This document shows positions 57,381 through 64,000 of a stretch of DNA of 64,000 nucleotides, in pieces. A model generated the notes under the pieces. It made no database searches. It saw only the letters and a list, made by a program, of their open reading frames with translations, and had not been told where the DNA came from. A program made the position numbers and the translations under genes. The stretch comes from Microcoleus sp. (GTDB lineage Bacteria; Cyanobacteriota; Cyanobacteriia; Cyanobacteriales; Microcoleaceae), in contig CP181291.1 of NCBI GenBank assembly GCA_052279835.1, positions 5,792,001 to 5,856,000 on the forward strand, given 5' to 3'. Position 1 is the first letter of the stretch, and every line of letters starts with the position of its first letter.

Positions 57381-59078
57381 ATGCAAACCTATGATGTGAT
57401 TATCATCGGAGCAGGTCATAACGGACTGGTCTGTGCATCTTATCTCCTCAAAGCCGGATATACCGTCCTCCTGTTAGAAAAACGTTCGGTTCCCGGTGGC
57501 GCAGCAACTACTGAAGCTGCGATTCCCGAATTGCCGGATTTTAAATTCAACCTGTGCGCGATCGACCACGAATTTATCCATTTAGGGCCTGTTGTAGAAG
57601 AACTAGAACTGGAAAAATACGGTTTAGAATATCTTTACTGCGATCCAGTTGCCTTTTGTCCCCATCCCGACGGCAAATATTTCTTAGCGCACAGTTCCGT
57701 AGAAAAAACTTGTGCTGAAATTGCCCGCTACAACGAGCGCGATGCTAAAAAATATGCCGAATATACCGATTTTTGGCAACGAGCGTTAAATGCGATGATT
57801 CCGATGTTTAACGCGCCGCCAAAGTCGATTGTAGATATTGCGGGTAATTATAATATTGCCAAACTCAAAGATTTATTTTCAGTCATCGGTTCCCCAGACA
57901 AAACCCTGGACTTTGTACGCACGATGATTACCAGCGCTGAGGACATTCTCAACGAGTGGTTTGATGAGGAATTTCTGAAAGCACCCTTAGCCAGACTCGC
58001 AGCAGAACTAGGCGCTCCTCCATCCCAAAAAACCATTGCCGTTGGTGCCATTATGCTGGCAATGCGTCACAATCCCGGCATGGCAAGACCGCGCGGAGGT
58101 ACGGGTGCATTAGTCCAAGCACTACTCAATTTAGTGAAAAGCTATTCGGGTGTGGTGCTCACCGATCAGCACGTCGAAAAAATATTAGTGGATGATGGCC
58201 GCGCTGTCGGAGTTCGAGTTGCCAACGGCACAGAATATCGCGCTACCAAAGGTGTTATTTCTAATATTGATGCAAAGCGTTTGTTTTTGCATTTAATGGA
58301 TGATAGCGATGTCGATGCTGCTGACCCGAATTTGCGGGAAAGATTGGAGCGCAAAATTGTGAATAATAATGAAACTATTCTCAAAATAGATTTAGCTCTC
58401 AATGAAGTACCCAAGTTCGATCGCTGGAATCATCGAGACGAATATTTAATGGGTTCGGTGTTAATTGCCGACTCCGTAAAACACGTTGAAATTGCTCATA
58501 CCGAGCCTGCTATTGGCAGAATTCCCGATTCTGACCCCTCGATGTACGTGGTGTTTCCAACGGTAAGAGACCCGTCAATGGCTCCCCCCGGACACCATAC
58601 GGCTTGGATTGAGTTTTTTGCTCCTTACCAAATCGAAAATGCTGAGGGAACGGGCCAGCACGGTACGGGTTGGACGGATGAGCTGAAAAACAAAGTTGCC
58701 GATCGCTGTATTGACAAATTAGCAGAATATGCACCCAATATCAAGAACTCAATTATCGGCCGTCGCGTGGAAAGTCCGGCGGAATTGGGAGAGCGTTTGG
58801 GGGCGTTGAAGGGAAATTATTACCACGTTGATATGACGCTGGATCAGATGATATTTTTCCGTCCTTTACCGGAGTTGGCGAATTACAAAACGCCGATCGA
58901 TGGTTTGTATCTCACCGGGGCCGGTACCCATCCGGGCGGCTCGATTTCGGGGATGCCGGGGCGCAACACGGCTCGCGTTTTCATGCACGCACAGCAGCCG
59001 ATCGCCCAGACTTTGGCGGATGCTGCTAATTCTTTGAAATCGACTGCTAAGTCGGTGTTTCGGAGTAATGAGAAGTAA
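57381..59078 (+). CDS. crtO: Beta-carotene ketolase (CrtO type)
   Basis: IIGAGHNGL, FNLCAIDHEFIHLGPV, GAPPSQK, GAGTHPGGSISGMPGRN. Confidence 0.88.
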   Translation: MQTYDVIIIGAGHNGLVCASYLLKAGYTVLLLEKRSVPGGAATTEAAIPELPDFKFNLCAIDHEFIHLGPVVEELELEKYGLEYLYCDPVAFCPHPDGKYFLAHSSVEKTCAEIARYNERDAKKYAEYTDFWQRALNAMIPMFNAPPKSIVDIAGNYNIAKLKDLFSVIGSPDKTLDFVRTMITSAEDILNEWFDEEFLKAPLARLAAELGAPPSQKTIAVGAIMLAMRHNPGMARPRGGTGALVQALLNLVKSYSGVVLTDQHVEKILVDDGRAVGVRVANGTEYRATKGVISNIDAKRLFLHLMDDSDVDAADPNLRERLERKIVNNNETILKIDLALNEVPKFDRWNHRDEYLMGSVLIADSVKHVEIAHTEPAIGRIPDSDPSMYVVFPTVRDPSMAPPGHHTAWIEFFAPYQIENAEGTGQHGTGWTDELKNKVADRCIDKLAEYAPNIKNSIIGRRVESPAELGERLGALKGNYYHVDMTLDQMIFFRPLPELANYKTPIDGLYLTGAGTHPGGSISGMPGRNTARVFMHAQQPIAQTLADAANSLKSTAKSVFRSNEK

Positions 59079-59150
59079 GATTTTTAGCAACGGCAGATGA
59101 ACGCAGATGGGCGCAGATGAATCACACCTGCGTTTTTTTGTAGTGATTTA

Positions 59151-59951
59151 TCAATGTGCGAGTGTGAGAATTTTTTCTGGTTGATTTCCTGTGAAGGGAA
59201 AACGATTTGCGATCGACCTCAATACCCTTTCTAAATCGGGAGCATCTTTTGCCAAGGTTGGCTGATCCTCCCGTTCGGTCAAATCTGTTAAAATATTCAG
59301 GATGAGCATTGCTAAATGTTCATCAGCATTATCCAACAAACTCAATAGCTTCTCGATATCTTCTTTTGCGCCCAACCAGTACCGCGCTCCCAGCAATTCA
59401 GCTTTTACTGATAAAGGAAGCTTTAATTTTAGATACTCTTCCAGTTTTGGCAATAGCTGCGGCGTACCTAAAAGCCCGATCGAATTAGCAGCATACCCTC
59501 TAACTGCTTTATCTTCATCAACATCAAGCAGTGAAAGCTCCAGAGTTTCTATAGCTGATGGTTCTTCTAAATATCCAAGAGTTTCTGCTGCTGATGCGCG
59601 AACCAGTGCTGAAGGATCGTGTCTGAGAATATATTCTATCGGTACAACCGCAGGACTATAACCAAGTTCTCCCAGAGCCTCCACGGCTTCACACCTAACC
59701 AGTTCTTCTGGATCGTTTAGCAAAGGCATTAATGCAAGGCTAACTGTCTCTACTTCCTCTGAACCTAGATAACCTAATGCCTCGGCTGCACCGGCTCTAA
59801 TTAATTCATCGGCGGATTTTAGCAATCTTAATATTTTCGGTACAGCCGCATAAACTTCTGCATCTACAAGCTGTATCAATGCTTCTATTTGCAGGGCATA
59901 ATCATCAGAATCGCAATAATCTAGCAGTGTTTCAGTTGTCAGCTTATCCAT
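59151..59951 (-). CDS. HEAT-repeat protein
   Basis: Repeated VR..AAEALG.LG units. Confidence 0.88.
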   Translation of the reverse strand: MDKLTTETLLDYCDSDDYALQIEALIQLVDAEVYAAVPKILRLLKSADELIRAGAAEALGYLGSEEVETVSLALMPLLNDPEELVRCEAVEALGELGYSPAVVPIEYILRHDPSALVRASAAETLGYLEEPSAIETLELSLLDVDEDKAVRGYAANSIGLLGTPQLLPKLEEYLKLKLPLSVKAELLGARYWLGAKEDIEKLLSLLDNADEHLAMLILNILTDLTEREDQPTLAKDAPDLERVLRSIANRFPFTGNQPEKILTLAH

Positions 59952-60143
59952 AATTTTTGCACATCCCTAAATTTTAGTGCTTCCAGTCTAGGTTATTTTC
60001 ACACTTAGTCAGTTAAATTAAATGGCATTAGGCAAGTATCAAAATGACTAAGTGTGAGTAATTCGACATCCCCCAAAACTCTCTGAATTTCGTGGTACTA
60101 CACTAATTGCAGACTAATTTTGGGAGATGTTTCTTTGAGCAGC

Positions 60144-60368
60144 TTACCTTTTGGTCTTCTTCTTTTTGCCGCTGTATCGGCTATGTTTGCCACCAAAGGC
60201 TTTCTGGGTTCTTTTGATTTTTTCCATTTTTTCTTTATCTTTATCGCGTTTAGCTTGCTGTTTCAATATTTCGAGTGCTTCAGGCATATCTGATGCTTTT
60301 TTTTCTGCGATTAGTTGGTTAGCTTCTTCTACAATACCCGTATCAGCTACATTACCTTCTGCGGTCAT
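60144..60368 (-). CDS. Small basic helical protein, possible standalone toxin domain
   Basis: 74 aa ORF with GNVADTG and KIKRTQK...HSR; co-oriented upstream of the HEAT gene. Confidence 0.65.
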   Translation of the reverse strand: MTAEGNVADTGIVEEANQLIAEKKASDMPEALEILKQQAKRDKDKEKMEKIKRTQKAFGGKHSRYSGKKKKTKR

Positions 60369-60389
60369 AGTATTTAATCTTTGATTGAT

Positions 60390-60440
60390 TATGGGAGGAT
60401 TAAAAATATGGGAGTATTAAAAATATGGGAGGCTTAAAAA
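60390..60440. repeat. Three 17-bp direct repeats (TATGGGAG..TTAAAAA)
   Basis: Directly visible just upstream of the 74 aa gene. Confidence 0.85.
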
Positions 60441-60686
60441 TATAAGTGAGTGTTCATGATTCTTATATTTTAACTCAGACATCGAACCTTGTCAATAAAG
60501 GATTTAAAACCTGGGTGGGGTTTATTTAACTTGTCTGCAATTAGTTTGATTTATTGGCTTTCCGCGCTCCTCTGGGGTTAGGGAAATTGGTGGAAGATAT
60601 TAGGGATCGCAAATTCATACTTTGTGTAGATGCAAACCATCACCTAAAATTCAAATACTCATATTACCGTTACCCATTTTTGAGCA

Positions 60687-61781
60687 ATGGCAAACCGAGT
60701 TTTGATTATTGGAGGCCGGGGACGAATTGGCAGCAGCGTCGCCCAAGACCTTGTTACCCATACCGATGCCGAAATTACTGTGACTGGACGAGAACCTGAA
60801 GGTTCCATAGGGGATGGATTGCCGCCGGAGCGGGTGCAGTATTTGCCTTTAAATATTGCAGACAGTACAGTTCTGCGAGAAGCAGTTTCATCCTCTAACC
60901 TGGTCATTCACACCGCTGGGCCTTTTCACTACCGAGATGCTAGTGTACTGAAGACTTGCATAGAAACTGGTGTTAATTATACGGATGTCAGCGACAGTCG
61001 CAGTTTTACTCGCCGAGCGTTAGACTTGCGCGAAATGGCCCAAAAAGCGGGGATTACTGCGATTATTAATACGGGAATTTTTCCTGGTATTTCTAATAGC
61101 ATGGTTCGCAGAGATGTGGAGCAGTTAGATACAGCGGAACAGATTCATTTGAGTTATGTAGTTGGCGGTTCTGGTGGTGCTGGTGTCACCGTCATGAGAA
61201 CCACTTTTTTAGGTTTGCAAACGCCTTTTGAGGTTTGGAAAAACGGCAGTTGGCAGCAGGTAAAGCCCTACACCGATCGCGAAACAATTGAATTTCCACC
61301 ACCCTACGGCAAAACAGGGGTTTATTGGTTCGATATGCCGGAAGTTATGACTTTGGCAGAAACTTTTCCCGTCAACACAGTTATTACTAAATTCGGCACT
61401 TTTCCTGACCTTTACAATCATCTTACCTGGTTTGTTGCTAAATACTGGCCCCCTAGCTGGCTGAAAAATAAAGGAGTGATTGAATTTCTGTCCTATGTTA
61501 GTTATGGGATGACTGGTGTTACTAATAGTTTTAGTGGGGTTGGGGTGGCGGTGCGATCGCAAGTGAGTGGCATTAAAAATGGCAAACCAGCTCAAGTTTG
61601 CTCCATCGCCCTACATGACAATGCTGCTGCTGCTACGGGCATCGGTACTGGCAGCATCGCTCAATTAATTTTAGAAGGCAAATTGACAAAACCAGGGGTT
61701 TGGTCTGTAGAACAAGCCCTTTCTACGGAGCTATTTGAACGATCGATGGAGAGCCGTCACCTCAAAATAGATCGAGTTTGA
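60687..61781 (+). CDS. Saccharopine dehydrogenase-like oxidoreductase
   Basis: VLIIGGRGRIG, HTAGPF, YTDVSD, NTGIFPGISN. Confidence 0.9.
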   Translation: MANRVLIIGGRGRIGSSVAQDLVTHTDAEITVTGREPEGSIGDGLPPERVQYLPLNIADSTVLREAVSSSNLVIHTAGPFHYRDASVLKTCIETGVNYTDVSDSRSFTRRALDLREMAQKAGITAIINTGIFPGISNSMVRRDVEQLDTAEQIHLSYVVGGSGGAGVTVMRTTFLGLQTPFEVWKNGSWQQVKPYTDRETIEFPPPYGKTGVYWFDMPEVMTLAETFPVNTVITKFGTFPDLYNHLTWFVAKYWPPSWLKNKGVIEFLSYVSYGMTGVTNSFSGVGVAVRSQVSGIKNGKPAQVCSIALHDNAAAATGIGTGSIAQLILEGKLTKPGVWSVEQALSTELFERSMESRHLKIDRV

Positions 61782-61881
61782 TTGGTTAATCTATCTTCAG
61801 ATAGAAGTCAGTATAGCAATCAGCGTCTTACTATAGGTGCTAGCAAAATAACTATCTCTTAAAATACCAGGAGAAATTGAG

Positions 61882-62229
61882 ATGAAGCGCGTTTTAAAAA
61901 CTTTGGGACAAACGTTAGGTCGCTGTGTTTTTTTGGGTTTGATGCTGGCTTTAATTGGTTTAGCTGTAGTACCTACTCAGACAGCTCGCGCCGCAGGCAT
62001 ATATAACAATCAAGTACCACAAGACGCTAAAATTACTGACCCCGCAGAAAAATTCGAGGATTTGAATCCCCAAGCAGCTTATGATGACATCGTGAAAGCT
62101 GCTCAAAATCCTGCAAAAGTAGAGCAGGTTTACGAAGAAAGCTTGGATGAGTACAAAGCAGAGCATCCAGAAGAAAGTTTAGTGGAAAAAGCTGAAGATT
62201 TTATCGAAAAGGTCACGGGGAACGAATAA
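61882..62229 (+). CDS. Small secreted acidic protein
   Basis: AGGAG RBS, signal peptide, acidic helical tail. Confidence 0.8.
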   Translation: MKRVLKTLGQTLGRCVFLGLMLALIGLAVVPTQTARAAGIYNNQVPQDAKITDPAEKFEDLNPQAAYDDIVKAAQNPAKVEQVYEESLDEYKAEHPEESLVEKAEDFIEKVTGNE

Positions 62230-62492
62230 ATTAACAAAAGTTAATCATCGGCCATGGGGCACCGGGCATCGGGAAACCCCACAATATCGGTTTTAGGCGA
62301 AGTCTAGAACCCTCTAAATCCCCCACCTCCCACCAAGGGGTGAGGGTTGTTTCATTCTGGGATCGATATGAAATTATTACCCATAGGCAGAACTTTTACC
62401 AGCTATAACCAGCCTTAAGGAAGATGAATAAATAGCGGTTTTTCAACTAGATTTAGTCATAGTTAGAGTGAAAGAAAAAGGAAAAAAATATC

Positions 62493-63014
62493 ATGGCAAA
62501 TAATGAAAAGTCTGTGAAAAAACCTGATGCTAACCTCGACCCGATTTCTGGGGAAACGGGAGCGCATCCAGTGGGAACTGGTATCGGTGCGGCAAGTGCT
62601 GGGGCTGCGGGTGCTGCGATCGGCGGTGCGATTGGTGGGCCCGTGGGAGCTGTTGTCGGGGCTGTTGTGGGCGCGTTTAGCGGTGGTTTGGCGGGTAAAG
62701 GTGTCGCAGAGGCGATCGACCCTACCGTAGAAGATGCTTATTGGCAAAATAACTACACTTCTCGCCCTTACGCAGACACCAGCACTACTTACGAAGATTA
62801 TCAGCCGGCCTACCGCACTGGTTATGAGGGATACAGCCGCTACTCCGGTACTGGTAAGAGTTTCAATGAACTCGAAGATGATTTGCAGCGCGATTACGAA
62901 ACCAATCGTGGTAAGTCTAATTTGCAGTGGGAAAAAGCTAAGCACGCTACGCGAGATGCTTGGGACCGGGTGGAACGGGCTATTCCTGGAGATATAGATA
63001 AAGACGGCCGCTAA
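62493..63014 (+). CDS. Glycine-zipper stress-type protein
   Basis: DPISGETGAHPVGTGIGA, Gly zipper, EDAYW, PAYRTG, WEKAKHATRDAW. Confidence 0.85.
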   Translation: MANNEKSVKKPDANLDPISGETGAHPVGTGIGAASAGAAGAAIGGAIGGPVGAVVGAVVGAFSGGLAGKGVAEAIDPTVEDAYWQNNYTSRPYADTSTTYEDYQPAYRTGYEGYSRYSGTGKSFNELEDDLQRDYETNRGKSNLQWEKAKHATRDAWDRVERAIPGDIDKDGR

Positions 63015-63089
63015 GGGCGATCGCGACTATTTCGGTTTTTCGGTGTACATTCTTTGTCACACAAGTTTAGCCAAATTATTCGAGTTTTA

Positions 63090-63122
63090 AACCCCTCTCT
63101 GTTTCAGGGAGGGGTATTTTTA
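63090..63122 (+). terminator. Probable intrinsic terminator
   Basis: ACCCCTC.CTG...CAGGGAGGGGT hairpin followed by a T run. Confidence 0.6.
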
Positions 63123-63321
63123 AGCTTAGTTAAAAAAAGATTTTTTGGGCAACATGACGACACAATTAGCACTATAGCCTTTCTAAATCATTTGTGAATT
63201 TCTTGCTCCCTCCCCTTAATAAGGGGAGGGTTGGGGTGGGGTAAAAAACTTGCGACTCCTGCAAGGATTACTATATCATTAAACTAATTCAGAACAGACA
63301 GTTCAAATATAGGTATAACTT

Positions 63322-64000
63322 GTGAAAGAATTATTGGCACAAGCTTGGACTCTCAAGCAAAATTTAATTGACTTTGTACTCGAAGCTGAGGGAGAGTTGG
63401 CGGTAGCTTTGGAAGCTTATGTTGCCGATCGCTCTTCGCGGGAACGCTATGATATTGCTCATCAAAATCAAATAATAGACAGCTTTACCGTAGAAGGTAA
63501 AGTGGGAACAAAAACGCCGATCGACCTGTTTGTCGCCAGTCAGTCAGATTTAACCGAGGGCGATCGCAATTTACTAGACAGTTGGCTGCACAGAAGCTTC
63601 ACAGGCTTGTTTGAAATCAGTCAAATTGCCACCGATAGCTTGGATCTAATGAATTGGTTGACGGCCAAGCACTACACTGTCCAACCCAACAGTCCTACTT
63701 TTGAGCAAGAAATATCTCGGTTTAAGTTGGGAGACATTTTACTAACTCGCATTGCACCTCTGACAGATAACTGCTGGATACTATCGGGCCCTCCCATACC
63801 GATGGGGAAATTGGGTAAGCCGAAATTGGCAGTGGCGATCGGCAATTTCAAGCAGAATTACAAAAATCAACTCTACAGCGATGCGCCGGAATTGTTAGAG
63901 CAAGCTTGGAATTCCGTAGAACAGTACCACAAGGATTTTACGGATTTTTTTGGTAGCGATGAATTGACTCTATCGGGATATCATCTCAATAAAAAACTGG
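63322..64000 (+). CDS. Partial hypothetical protein running off the window end (MKELLAQAWTLKQNLIDFVLEAEGELAVALE...)
   Basis: Open frame from GTG 63322; contains LMNWLTAKHY and GKLGKPKLAVAIG. Confidence 0.75.
   Translation, partial: MKELLAQAWTLKQNLIDFVLEAEGELAVALEAYVADRSSRERYDIAHQNQIIDSFTVEGKVGTKTPIDLFVASQSDLTEGDRNLLDSWLHRSFTGLFEISQIATDSLDLMNWLTAKHYTVQPNSPTFEQEISRFKLGDILLTRIAPLTDNCWILSGPPIPMGKLGKPKLAVAIGNFKQNYKNQLYSDAPELLEQAWNSVEQYHKDFTDFFGSDELTLSGYHLNKKL

Overview
Window from a filamentous cyanobacterium, probably Oscillatoriales-like (very frequent HIP1 GCGATCGC, heptamer STRR tracts, PEP-CTERM genes, psaK, crtO). Housekeeping genes: gshB, grxC, hflX, psaK, galK, rsmA, ispE, metH (frameshifted), crtO. 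Accessory content: a TPR-CHAT protease cluster at the left edge, an orphan 21-repeat type I-B-like CRISPR array with no cas genes, a DUF488/DUF488/OB-fold-like triad and decayed XisH/XisI and DUF433/PIN modules. The best candidate for an undescribed system is a ~27 kb divergent locus (20.4-47.0 kb). Its minus arm encodes a sigma-70-like protein, DUF1822, a membrane pentapeptide-CHAT protease and a pilin. Its plus arm encodes a PEP-CTERM protein, a ~4,540 aa DUF4114/subtilase/coiled-coil/hydrophobic-tip protein, a teneurin-like YD/RHS protein and an orphan RHS cassette with a PLA2-like tip. The first two plus-arm genes share a near-identical 50-bp ECF-like promoter motif. A separate fixed-spacing motif precedes several stress-type genes, and four families of palindromic repeats are inserted in frame inside coding genes. 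All family calls are by eye; no searches were run.
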